NCBI GenBank assembly: GCA_963707955.1
Contig: OY970176.1
Location: 288,001 to 352,000, forward strand
Direction of reading: 5' to 3'
Source: Candidatus Bathyarchaeota archaeon
GTDB lineage: Archaea > Thermoproteota > Bathyarchaeia > Bathyarchaeales > Bathycorpusculaceae
DNA length: 64,000 bases
Made by a program: the position numbers and the translations under genes. The notes under the pieces are model-generated. The model had not been told where the DNA came from and made no database searches. It worked only from the letters and a program-made list of their open reading frames with translations. Shown piece after piece: positions 40,259 to 49,903 of the stretch. Each line of letters begins with the position of its first letter. Position 1 is the stretch's first letter.

Positions 40259-40402
40259 TAATGAGTGGTCTCCGTCACCGGTGTGAGGTTCTTAACGTAT
40301 CCGTTCGGTTGTATAAGTTTTTTGCGTGGAATATTTCTTAACTGGAATACAGCATATAAGCGCACACTTTATTGCTTGTGGGATTATGCAACGGGATGTC
40401 AG

Positions 40403-40522
40403 ATGACCTCAGAAGTGAAGGAACTCAGTCGCATCATCTGCAACAAGTGCGGAGAGAAGGAATATGAAAAGTGCAGGGATTGTAGAATTCACTATTTGTT
40501 GAACAGAATAGCAGCATGCTAG
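40403..40522 (+). CDS. Small Cys-rich protein (39 aa)
   Basis: ICNKCG...CRDC. Confidence 0.5.
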   Translation: MTSEVKELSRIICNKCGEKEYEKCRDCRIHYLLNRIAAC

Positions 40523-40531
40523 ATACGAAAA

Positions 40532-41305
40532 TTACTTCATGTCCTCTATTCTGTTCGCCATCTCGCCTAGGATTCTGGTGAAGGGATGGTCTGGTTTATC
40601 TTGGGCGAAGATGACCCCTCCCTCAGCCTTCAGGACATCGCAGAAGCACGGAACTATCCCTAGAAGTGGAACCTGATATACTTCCTTAAGCTTGGTCTTC
40701 ACGTCGTCTCTCCCATTTCTCATGGAACCGTCTAGCACTTTGTTCAGGACGATTTCGGTTTTCTTCTCAAACAGGTCGTACAGCTCTCTCAGCATGCGTC
40801 TAGTTCCATCCACGTCTGATCGGTCGAATGTTGTTGCGACGAGGACAAGGTCCGCGCTGACAACCGCGTTTATGGATGAGTATTGCAATCCAGGGCTTGT
40901 GTCGAGTATCAAGTAATCGAAACCTTTGTCGTTTAAGAGTGAAGTTTTTAGAGCAAGGAGTCTTCCTAGTGCCCGCATCTCCCACTTTCTATCTTTTGCA
41001 GACATATCCCTGATCGCTTCAGTGGACGGATTGGCGAAGCCCACGAAGAGTTTGCCGCTGTTGCCAATCCTGTCGCTTAAGTCCATCACTACTTTGTTGA
41101 TCTCGCACACTGCGTTAAGATAATCGTTTAACCAGCACTCTGCTTTGTCAATCTTGAGCAGTGTAGAAAGGCTCGGTGCACGGAAGTCAAGGTCAAGCAA
41201 GCAAACACTCTTTCCGTGCTTGGCAAAAGTTGCAGCCAAGTTGACTGAGAGAAGCGTCTTCCCCGTTCCGCCCTTATAAGAGTGCACAGCTAATATCTTA
41301 CCCAT
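40532..41305 (-). CDS. MinD/ParA-family ATPase
   Basis: HSYKGGTGKT, DLDFRAP, LDTSPG. Confidence 0.92.
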   Translation of the reverse strand: MGKILAVHSYKGGTGKTLLSVNLAATFAKHGKSVCLLDLDFRAPSLSTLLKIDKAECWLNDYLNAVCEINKVVMDLSDRIGNSGKLFVGFANPSTEAIRDMSAKDRKWEMRALGRLLALKTSLLNDKGFDYLILDTSPGLQYSSINAVVSADLVLVATTFDRSDVDGTRRMLRELYDLFEKKTEIVLNKVLDGSMRNGRDDVKTKLKEVYQVPLLGIVPCFCDVLKAEGGVIFAQDKPDHPFTRILGEMANRIEDMK

Positions 41306-41310
41306 TCAGA

Positions 41311-41706
41311 TCACTCCTTGTTTTCCCTGTCTACGAAGAAGTAGGCCTTTCTTCCATTCCTCTCCTTCTTAAGGTGGCCCATTATCACGAGCTGGTTCAA
41401 ATACGCGCTTTCCACAGCCCTTGCTCTCTTTGTTTGCTCAGCGACCTCGTCTGCTGTAGCCCTGCCCAACCTGCAGATAGTCATAGCAGTTTTTCTCAGG
41501 TGGTCAGGCATCGAAAGCAAAGTCATAACGTCCAAAGGGGCGTCTGACAGTGGCTGTTGAATGTCTTTTCTCTCATGCTTCTGCAGTTCAATCATGACTT
41601 CCACTTTCTCGTTCAGCTTCTCAAGGTTGTCTCTGATCTTTTCCAGAACCTGCAGAGGCTTTTTCGTAAGAACTTCTTCCCTGGACAAAGTGTCTTTCCT
41701 CAACAT
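41311..41706 (-). CDS. Coiled-coil + winged-helix protein
   Basis: ATADEVAEQTKRARAVESAYLNQLVIMG...GRKAYF. Confidence 0.8.
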   Translation of the reverse strand: MLRKDTLSREEVLTKKPLQVLEKIRDNLEKLNEKVEVMIELQKHERKDIQQPLSDAPLDVMTLLSMPDHLRKTAMTICRLGRATADEVAEQTKRARAVESAYLNQLVIMGHLKKERNGRKAYFFVDRENKE

Positions 41707-41963
41707 GTCTTAAGCGCGTACAGCATGCGCATACAGCATGATTAAAGACAAGGCAGTTTATTAAGTCTTACGAAACAATGATAATGATTCACAAGACAAT
41801 CCGCGACACATGTCAACGATCCTAACAAGTCTTCCAAAGGTGTGGTTAAAACGACGTTCTCTCCGAGTGGATCGAGATTCCCTGCAGCATCTGACGTCAA
41901 TCAATGGTATCGAGCATTAAGAAAACGAAGACCAAAACTCTGTCAAAAAAGTTGGGAGGTAGC

Positions 41964-42260
41964 CTAGTAGGGCATTGGGACGCGGTTTCTCAGCTCTTCT
42001 TCAAGTATCGGCAGGATCTGCTTCAACTCTCTGAAGTATTTGAGCACTGTTATGCCTCTCTGGGTCACGGCGTAGACGATGCGTCGCTTCCCCACCATGC
42101 GTTCTTCAACGAGGTTCTGCTTGATGAGGAAGTCCAAATATTCTTTCAGAACGCTGCAATTAACGTTAGCCTTGTACATGATGTGAGTCAGCTTCAACGG
42201 GCCTCGATGAGCCAGTACCTTGAGTATGTCTATGTACATCTCAAGTTTGGAACGTCTCAT
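41964..42260 (-). CDS. Archaeal winged-helix transcription regulator
   Basis: RRSKLEMYIDIL, THIMYKANVN, YAVTQRG. Confidence 0.88.
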   Translation of the reverse strand: MRRSKLEMYIDILKVLAHRGPLKLTHIMYKANVNCSVLKEYLDFLIKQNLVEERMVGKRRIVYAVTQRGITVLKYFRELKQILPILEEELRNRVPMPY

Positions 42261-42347
42261 TGTTCACGCCTCTTTTTTGCCATATTGCAACTCTCCATAT
42301 AAAGCTTTTATGGATTCAAGCTAAGTCTTTTCTGTAAACAGTCTCCG

Positions 42348-42530
42348 TTAGTAGCTCCTTTTCGCCTGTGCTCGAATTAACACGTTCATTCTATTTTGGA
42401 ACGCCGTCACCAAGTCGTCTAGCAATATTCGTTGCAATTCTGCTGGCAGTCCTTTGATGTTTCTCTTGAAAACCTTGGCCATTTTGTTCTGCAGTTCCTT
42501 TCTTTCTTTAAGAGTCAATGTTTTTTTCAA
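42348..42530 (-). CDS. Small helical hypothetical protein
   Basis: TTG start after GGAGG; ELQRILLDDLVTAFQNR. Confidence 0.6.
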   Translation of the reverse strand: MKKTLTLKERKELQNKMAKVFKRNIKGLPAELQRILLDDLVTAFQNRMNVLIRAQAKRSY

Positions 42531-42855
42531 GGGCTTTCCTCCATTGTTTACGCACACGATAAGCCTTTGGTACTTAACTGTCTTATGAATCGAAAATGTG
42601 AAATTACAATTCATATTCAGAGACGGTCTAACGAACTTGTCGCGTCCTATTTCGGAGGGTTTCAATGTAGTCTTTCAGCCCTCTACAAGGTGTTTGAAGG
42701 GAACGGTAGTCGGTCAGTCAAGCATTCTCGGCATACGTAGCCTATGTACTTTTTATAGAAAGAGAAGATTATGAACGCGCAATCTGCAGTTCATTACGCC
42801 AGAAATCGCTTCCTTGGTGTCAAACTTTTTATTTCCAGTTTCACTACTGTTCTTC

Positions 42856-42920
42856 TGCCGGATGATGAGAAGGCATTAGATTGACATTCAGGATGAAAGC
42901 TCAGAGTTACTCGGACGGCA
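42856..42920 (+). ncRNA. Box C/D methylation guide sRNA
   Basis: Terminal stem TGCCG/CGGCA, box C ATGATGA, D' TTGA, C' AGGATGA, variant D CGGA; TATA-like TTTTTATT ~25 nt upstream. Confidence 0.7.
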
Positions 42921-42996
42921 ATGCATGAGAGTCTTCCAGAATGACATGGCAAACTTCACATCGTGGAACTCACAATGTTCAACAGTTTTTATTGTG

Positions 42997-43572
42997 TCAC
43001 ATTGAAGGGCCACTGCTGTTAGTCTCATTGATGTGGATACGGTAATTCTCTGTAACATCCAGAATCTGTTTTTCTGCGATCGCGTAGACCAGGTTCACGT
43101 CCTTGCTCCATTCCAGAGCGTACATGGATGGGCAGTTGATCCTCTTCTCGGCGGGATCTACGTGCGTCCAAACGCTTTCGGAGAGAATTTCGTTCCAAAC
43201 ATGGTCTCCAGCCACCTTCTTCGATTTGTCTTGAAGTACAGAGCAGTCTATCACCATTCGAGTTTGATAGCTGTTCGCTAGCAACAATCCGTTGTAGAGC
43301 AACGCAAACTCTCCGCACCTGCCCTTGCATTGAACGATTATGTCAATCGGCATTTCTGCTCTTGGTTTAGGCAATTCTTCCTTGGTGTATTTTAGGTGTC
43401 GATGCTCCCAATTCAACAGTTGCTTCCAGTCTAAATCATCAATAGGGTCACGTAAGACAGCTTCTGTGTAGATGCGCAGTTCTTGTTTATACTCTGCTGT
43501 TGCCATCCTGTCGAAGCGTTGCCTGTAGACCTTGACTATTCCTGGATACTCAGGCTCGGGAATCCTTTGCAT
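42997..43572 (-). CDS. Transglutaminase-like protein resembling the peptide:N-glycanase catalytic core
   Basis: GRCGEFA, DHVWNE, WTHVDPAE, PSMY..WSK. Confidence 0.8.
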   Translation of the reverse strand: MQRIPEPEYPGIVKVYRQRFDRMATAEYKQELRIYTEAVLRDPIDDLDWKQLLNWEHRHLKYTKEELPKPRAEMPIDIIVQCKGRCGEFALLYNGLLLANSYQTRMVIDCSVLQDKSKKVAGDHVWNEILSESVWTHVDPAEKRINCPSMYALEWSKDVNLVYAIAEKQILDVTENYRIHINETNSSGPSM

Positions 43573-44146
43573 GGGAGATCACGTAGGCAACGTTAAGAAA
43601 CAACGTTTTTCAACATTGTTTACCCCAAATTCAGATTTAGCGCGGCGACCTTGAAGCCCTCTTGAGAAGGCTTGACGCTTATTTGAAGTTGATTGGGACC
43701 ACGCACTCCTTGGTGGAGTGCGCAATCCTTCTTCTCCCTTCTCCTTTCGGTTGTGCAATATCAGCTTGAACGAGAACTATACCAAAAGCTGAACGATTTA
43801 TTGCTTATGAAAGAGCATTCTAGAAGAATCTTCTAGTGCATAGTATGCTTGCCATCAATGGGCTGAGAAGTTCTCTTACAGCGGTTTGGTTGATGGGTCA
43901 CTCTTCTTTTCCTTTTGGTGCCAGATTTCATCGTATACAATCCTATCGCGCACCCGATGGGTCACGGACCCAACGTTAAAGGAACAGACGTTACAAACCC
44001 ATCCAAATTGCGTTTATTAGCTTTAATAATTCTTGAAGCATCAATCGAGTTTTACAGACTCTTTTCGCTGGATGGAAAAGAATGCGACGTGCGGGCGCGC
44101 CAACTTGAGACTCAACGTCCAGATGGAATATTTGCAATTGCGGGGG

Positions 44147-44956
44147 CTATGAATGGCTGATAGAAGCGGCGTTCTTCGTGGCTTTGCGAGCAGTTGTGAT
44201 GTAGCCAGAATGGGCTGTCATCAGAGTCTGCGGTCGAGTCTTTCCCCTTTCTATCTGCATGCCCCTCATCAGACACTCGACCGTTTCAATGTCAGTGAAG
44301 CCATTTTCATTCAGTGCTTCAACAGTCTTGACAACCTGGTCTATCGTCGGGCTGAACGTCACTATTGTCCCGCTGGACCTCAAGGCCGTAAATGAGTGAG
44401 GGACAACTAGCCAAGGAATCGCTAGGTCCAGGATTACCGTATCAATGTCTTTTTCGTCTATTCCAGCGACAACGTCTTTGTTTTTCAGTTCCACGAAATC
44501 TTCCAGACCCGCTCTTTCTAGATTTTTCTTGGCTGTCTTTTGAAATTCTTCCCTTATCTCGTAGCTGTACACTCTTCCGTTGGGCCTCACATAATGTGCT
44601 AAGGCCGTTGTCATTGCACCGGTTCCTGTCCCGGCCTCAACGACCCTGCTTCCTGGGCCTATCCCACTGAACATAACTATCAAGGCTATGTCCTTTGGAT
44701 ACATTATTTGCGTTTGCCTCGCTGACTTCATGATGAAATCGCGCAGAAGAGGCTTCAAAGCTGCGAATTCAAACCCCAGGCTGCTCAGGATTGTGGAGCC
44801 GAAATCTTTTCCTACCAGGTCATCGAGTCTAACAAAACCCTTGTGCGTGTGAAAGCTCTTGCCTTGCTCAACTCTGACTAGGTAGGTTTTCCTCTGGCTG
44901 AGGCTGAGAAGTACGAGGTCACCTTCGGTTATTACCTGACTTGCCAATTCCTTCAC
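44147..44956 (-). CDS. trmI: tRNA (adenine-N1)-methyltransferase
   Basis: HTHKG, TQIMYPKD, VEAGTGTG, LDLAIPW, AHSGY. Confidence 0.93.
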   Translation of the reverse strand: MKELASQVITEGDLVLLSLSQRKTYLVRVEQGKSFHTHKGFVRLDDLVGKDFGSTILSSLGFEFAALKPLLRDFIMKSARQTQIMYPKDIALIVMFSGIGPGSRVVEAGTGTGAMTTALAHYVRPNGRVYSYEIREEFQKTAKKNLERAGLEDFVELKNKDVVAGIDEKDIDTVILDLAIPWLVVPHSFTALRSSGTIVTFSPTIDQVVKTVEALNENGFTDIETVECLMRGMQIERGKTRPQTLMTAHSGYITTARKATKNAASISHS

Positions 44957-46435
44957 TATGGTGTGTACTTAAACGGGTGCTTCGACCGATCTTTGTTCTC
45001 TACGAGTTCGTCTACGCTTGGCCTGCCTTCCATCGTCTTGCGGATAGCATGTCGCATCGCCTTGTAATTGTTTATGTAGACTCGTTGCCTGTCGACCGCT
45101 GTCGGGTGGACGAACACGTTCGCGACTATTATGAGCTCATCGGTGGCTTCTCTGGAAATCGTCCCGTCCGCAACACTGTCAACCACTGCTTTGGCCACAG
45201 CTGCTTGGGCTGGTCCGTAAACCATGCTTGCCTGGCGCATGCTGGTTATCGTGACCGTTGGAACGATCAGGGTTACCGGTTTAACTGACAGGTTGGGCTC
45301 CAAGATGGCCAGTAACGGCTCGTGGCCAGAAGACTGGCGTTGCCTTGGCCTTCGCGAACGCGTCGGCAACCGGTCCATCTTTCTCCCCGATTAGAAGGTC
45401 GATGTGCGCCACGTCTGAGCCCTGTCCAGCCAAGGCTTCACCTACACGCAGTTTGAATTTCTTGATTATTTCTGGTGTCAGGTCGATTGTTGTGAAACGT
45501 TCTTCGATGGGTTTCTCTGCTATTTCGAAGGCGATGGCCTTGGGCTTTATCTTTCCTATCTTTTCCAAGTCGAGACGCAGTTCTTCTCTTGCCTCATAGG
45601 TTAGTTCTCCGCCTACGCTAAGGGGTTTTCTAACTGGGCCGACCTTGATCTTCATCATGTTGAGAGCCTCTTTCGTACCTACGGCTCCGCTGCTGGCGAT
45701 AATTCTCGCTATTTTCTGAACCTTGTACTGCAGCTCGCGTGCCTGTTGAAGCTCGCCTTTTTTGACGTGATTATAGATTTGAATCCATATGTCTGGAATC
45801 ACGTTGGCGCTTGCCAGTATCGCGCCGGAACAGCCTGCAGCCAACCCTGCTACGACGACTTCGTCGTGCCCGCAAAGAACGTTAATCTTGTCCCTCACCT
45901 TCTCAAGAACAGCCAGTATGAACTTGAGTTGCCCGCTACTGTCCTTTACGCCGACGATGTTTGGTATTTGAGCCAAGTCTTCAACCATTTGCCAAGGCAA
46001 ATCCAGCCCCGTGCACTGGGGAATGTTGTACAGAATTATCGGTATGTCCACTTCGTTCGCGATCGTGTAATAGTGCTCGTAGATTCCTCGGTCGGCTGGC
46101 TTCAGGTAGAAAGGAGTGACGATCAAGGCGGCGGTAGCGCCAGCGTCCTTCGCGTACCTTGTCATCTCCACAGTCTGGTCGGTTCCACTGGCTCCTGTTC
46201 CCGCTATCACTGGAACTCGCCCGTTAACTTCATCGATCACAATTTTGATCACGCGCCTTTTCTCCTCAGTCGTCATGTTCACGAATTCGCCGGTCGTCCC
46301 GCATGGAACGACGCCATGAACTCCCAGTTCGAGGCAGTGGCTAACCAGAGTTCGAAGCCTCTCTTCGTCAACGGCTTTTCCATCATCTGTAAAGGGCGTG
46401 ACCAAAGCTGGAAAAATCCCTTCAGGCTTGAACAT
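44956..46435 (-). CDS. DapA-family class I aldolase fused to formaldehyde-activating enzyme (Fae); +1 frameshift at ~45335
   Basis: GTTGE, YNIP, GVKDSSG then VGEALAGQGSDVAHIDLLIG / GHEPLLA..PNL.VKP, GPAQAAVAKAV. Confidence 0.85.
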
Positions 46436-46640
46436 TCGTCGTCCCTAGCTTTTAGTCAGATATCGCTCTTATATCGTTTAAGCTTCGAATTCGGGAACAA
46501 TCTCTTGAGATCGTTTAAGACTCAATGTTCACATAATCGAAAAAGCTCCAAGAGGAGGTCTGCTGACGATCCTTTCGTTTTGGCCGAAAATACTTAAATT
46601 CCATTAATCAACACTTACTAAAATCTGGAGGGCGACTGTC

Positions 46641-47924
46641 TTGGCTGGCCTAAGGGACAGGTTGAAAATTCACGAAGAAAACCTGAAGGAAATCAACGAT
46701 TTTCTGCTGAGAAAGGACAATCAGCTTGTGAATGACCTGCTGGAAATCGTCGACAAGTACGGCGGGGTTGACGAAATCAACCACAAAGCCGAAGAGGCGC
46801 GCAAGATCGACAAGCTCATGGACAGGCTTAGAAAGAGCGAATCTCCGTTTGTTAAAGACCTTGAATGGTTGACTAAGCAACGTGACAAAGAAGCTTTCAT
46901 CAGCGTTTCAGAATACAGGAAGAAGGTTCTGGGGAAGAAGGCGGATTCAATGAAGTTTGACGAGTCCCTCGCAGTCACTCTGGAGATTAGCGCGTTCAAC
47001 TTCTTCCCATGGCTGGTTGAGGAAGCGCAGAAGGCGATTGCAAAACAGGAGCTCATGCCAGCGCGGTACATCCGTGTACGTTCAATGAAGGAACAAATTA
47101 AGGACGATGACATACTGGCTTTCGCAGCAGCGATGCAGATCATCGGCGCATCATATGTTCAAACGCTTGACACGAAAGGTACGCTGCCTGGGCCAGATGG
47201 AAAACCGATCAACGTTCACTTGGCTGGCCCAGAGACAATTACTGGCTATTTCGGGGGAGTGGGTGTCCCGAATGAGTATTCGCTGAAATGGGTTGATGAG
47301 TTTCTCCATTACTACACCGAGTACGGTCTTCCACAAGTGTTGAACACGAATTCAGGCACCGTCCTTCTGGGGTACTGGCTGCACAAGCTGGGAATCAACA
47401 TCGAATTCAAGATTTCAGTCTTCCTAGGAATTGATAACCCCTACTCGATCCTTTGGACGCTGATGACCGCCAAACTCTTCAGCCGCGATGATGGCTCAAC
47501 TCCGCTTATCGGTTTCAACCTCTCAAACTCTGTTGATAACAAAACCATCGAACTAGCGGCTTACGTCCGAAATGCTTTCGACTTTGAAGACGTTGTTCGC
47601 CTTGAGCATCACATCACAGAAGCCTACAAGAGCATCGTAAGACAACCGTACGACCGAACTGCTGAGCTTGTGAGGCTTGCTGACCACGTGAAGAACATCA
47701 GCGCCAAACATGAGGGCGGAATTCCTGAGACAGAAAGAAAAAGGGATCACGCTTCAGACATACTCGACTACTTCATGCCAAAGAAGGACATAATCGACAA
47801 GGGTCTGATGCCAGAGTTTCTCATAAATTACCTTGACAAACACGATGCACTGAACAGAACAGCTGAGACCCTGACCAAGCACGGATTGGCGTTTATCGCG
47901 GCGCAGAACTTGCATAAGAAATAG
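46641..47924 (+). CDS. Conserved-looking hypothetical enzyme (427 aa)
   Basis: Long ORF with host-like codon usage, divergent from the aldolase-Fae gene. Confidence 0.8.
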   Translation: MAGLRDRLKIHEENLKEINDFLLRKDNQLVNDLLEIVDKYGGVDEINHKAEEARKIDKLMDRLRKSESPFVKDLEWLTKQRDKEAFISVSEYRKKVLGKKADSMKFDESLAVTLEISAFNFFPWLVEEAQKAIAKQELMPARYIRVRSMKEQIKDDDILAFAAAMQIIGASYVQTLDTKGTLPGPDGKPINVHLAGPETITGYFGGVGVPNEYSLKWVDEFLHYYTEYGLPQVLNTNSGTVLLGYWLHKLGINIEFKISVFLGIDNPYSILWTLMTAKLFSRDDGSTPLIGFNLSNSVDNKTIELAAYVRNAFDFEDVVRLEHHITEAYKSIVRQPYDRTAELVRLADHVKNISAKHEGGIPETERKRDHASDILDYFMPKKDIIDKGLMPEFLINYLDKHDALNRTAETLTKHGLAFIAAQNLHKK

Positions 47925-47999
47925 CTTGCAGGCTGGGCCGCCTACCCTTCGAGGGCGCTTTCAACGGTTTCCCTGAAGATTCAGTAGCAGCCTTTTGCT

Positions 48000-48779
48000 T
48001 TACCATGACTCTTTTGGTCTGCGAATCACCAGATAGATCGTTGTCACGAAGAAGATTATTGTTGTTACGGCAAGAACCGTTGTCACCCGGCGGGTGTTAT
48101 CAAGATCTCCGAGACTTCCTTTGACAGAAGTGTAGTTTTGGTAAAGCTGTACATAGGTCTGGTTAAGCTGCTCAAAAGTGCCGTTGAGGTTCTGATATAG
48201 GTTAGTTAGCTGTTGGAAACTGTCATTCAAGCTATTAATTTGGTCTTGTAGATTGGTGTTTTGTGTCTCAAGCCCTTCCAGATAAGTGTTCTCTACTTGC
48301 GTCATTGGAAAACCACTTACGAAGTCAGGAAATGTCAAAACCACGCCTCCAACACTCGCGCTGTAACTCAGGCTGATTTCTCCGTAAGTCGTACCCCAAA
48401 CCCAGTTAGGTACGTAGGTACTGTTCACGCACTGCTTTGGTGATGTGCTGTTTATAAAGAAGTTGGTGTCGGTGATGTTCAGCATCGAAAGTTTAATGGT
48501 TCCGTTCAAGAAACCATATACTTCCAAGTTGAAATGTTCGACGCTGACGTTAGTTTGCGTTTCTAGACTAACTACGACAGTGAGGTTCTCCATTGGCTGA
48601 GTCTGCGTCGTTGCGTTGACCTGCGTCGTTGCGTTGACTTGAATCATGATTCCGGGGATTTGTGAGTCAAAAAAAGTCGTCATCTCGTCTGCCGAGGCCT
48701 GCACCTTCACCGTGCTTAACAAGGCATACACCAAGGCGAGGATGCATATCATTAAAGCCAGTTTCCTTAAACCTCTCAT
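48000..48779 (-). CDS. Secreted, C-terminally membrane-anchored glycoprotein with coiled coil
   Basis: Signal peptide, many NxS/T sites, C-terminal TM helix; 18-bp tandem duplication at 48603-48638. Confidence 0.8.
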   Translation of the reverse strand: MRGLRKLALMICILALVYALLSTVKVQASADEMTTFFDSQIPGIMIQVNATTQVNATTQTQPMENLTVVVSLETQTNVSVEHFNLEVYGFLNGTIKLSMLNITDTNFFINSTSPKQCVNSTYVPNWVWGTTYGEISLSYSASVGGVVLTFPDFVSGFPMTQVENTYLEGLETQNTNLQDQINSLNDSFQQLTNLYQNLNGTFEQLNQTYVQLYQNYTSVKGSLGDLDNTRRVTTVLAVTTIIFFVTTIYLVIRRPKESW

Positions 48780-48897
48780 TGTCTCACACCTGAAGAACAG
48801 CTAGTGAGCGAGTTCTGCAAGAAGTTTATTTAACATTTTCTATCATCGTCGGGACGTTTCCGTAACGTGCAGAGAAATAGCACTTGCCGAGGAGGGA

Positions 48898-49137
48898 CTA
48901 TCTCATTGAGCGGATGAAGCGTTGGTAAATGTACACGAAGTATATGGAAGAAAAAGCAGTCAACAGTATTTCAAAAGCCAAAATAGCCTGGTTGCTTTCC
49001 ACAGCCATGAAGTATCCCTGGGTCAGTATGTCTGCAAAGACTAATATCTGCAGGAATATCGCTCCGCCTAAGCAACTTAGACCCAATGTGTGAAAAAGGG
49101 CTTGCTTTCGTCGGTCCTGCTTTGCCGTGTTGGACAT
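48898..49137 (-). CDS. Small two-TM membrane protein
   Basis: Two hydrophobic helices. Confidence 0.7.
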   Translation of the reverse strand: MSNTAKQDRRKQALFHTLGLSCLGGAIFLQILVFADILTQGYFMAVESNQAILAFEILLTAFSSIYFVYIYQRFIRSMR

Positions 49138-49378
49138 CGTTATCGTAAATAGCAAGAGTTGATACTTTAATTAATACGTTGTGAATCCTTACACACTACA
49201 AACCCTAATAATCCACTCTCAATATCGACACTAAGAGTTTGGAACCATCTCATGAATGCCCCCCTCCCCCCTTAGAATGTAACTTTCAATCTGTTCATGT
49301 TAGAGCGGGCGCGCCCTCTGCGCCAATAGGAATAATAAGCTCCGTGCAAGAGAGTGAGTTTTAGTGCAGGAAATCAAG

Positions 49379-49882
49379 ATGGATGTTCTTGAAGCCACAA
49401 GGATTCGAAGGAGCATTAGAAAATATAGGCCAGAACCAATTCCTGACGAAAAGCTGAGGACTATTCTCGAGGCCGCCCGTCTGGCACCCTCTGCAGCCAA
49501 TCGCCAACCTTGGCGCTTCGTAGTAGTTGAAGACAGGGAACGCAGGAAGGCTCTAGCAAAAGCGGCGAATGATCAGACGTTCCTAGGCGACGCCGGGGCG
49601 ATTGTCGTGGCAATCAGTGATCCTGAAAAGTCTGCGAGATGGCACGAAAAGGACACAATGATAGCGTTGGAACACGTGGTTTTGGCGGCCACAGCTCTGG
49701 GTTACGGCACCTGCTGGATAGGTGCATTTGACGAGGACGCGGTGAAGAGTCTGCTCAAGATTCCTGCAAAGATGAAAGTCGTTGCACTGTTGCCTATAGG
49801 AATTCCAGACGAAAAGCCTCCTCCTAGACGGAGAAGAGAGCTTTCAGAGATTTTCTTCAAAGAGGAGTGGCAGCCCTCTTGA
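49379..49882 (+). CDS. Nitroreductase family protein
   Basis: RRSIRKY, APSAANRQPW, LGYGTCWIG. Confidence 0.94.
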   Translation: MDVLEATRIRRSIRKYRPEPIPDEKLRTILEAARLAPSAANRQPWRFVVVEDRERRKALAKAANDQTFLGDAGAIVVAISDPEKSARWHEKDTMIALEHVVLAATALGYGTCWIGAFDEDAVKSLLKIPAKMKVVALLPIGIPDEKPPPRRRRELSEIFFKEEWQPS

Positions 49883-49903
49883 CGCGCGAGTAAGTCCATG
49901 ACG

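Noticed and set aside
43650-43725. Two hairpins upstream of the PNGase-like gene
   Set aside because: No recognisable riboswitch or sRNA motif; could be chance.
45746-46597. Long antisense ORFs (also 13222-13764, 52111-52722, 59348-59926)
   Set aside because: Shadows of well-supported genes on the opposite strand.
48603-48638. 18-bp tandem duplication (QVNATT x2)
   Set aside because: Ordinary in-frame slippage in a surface protein.
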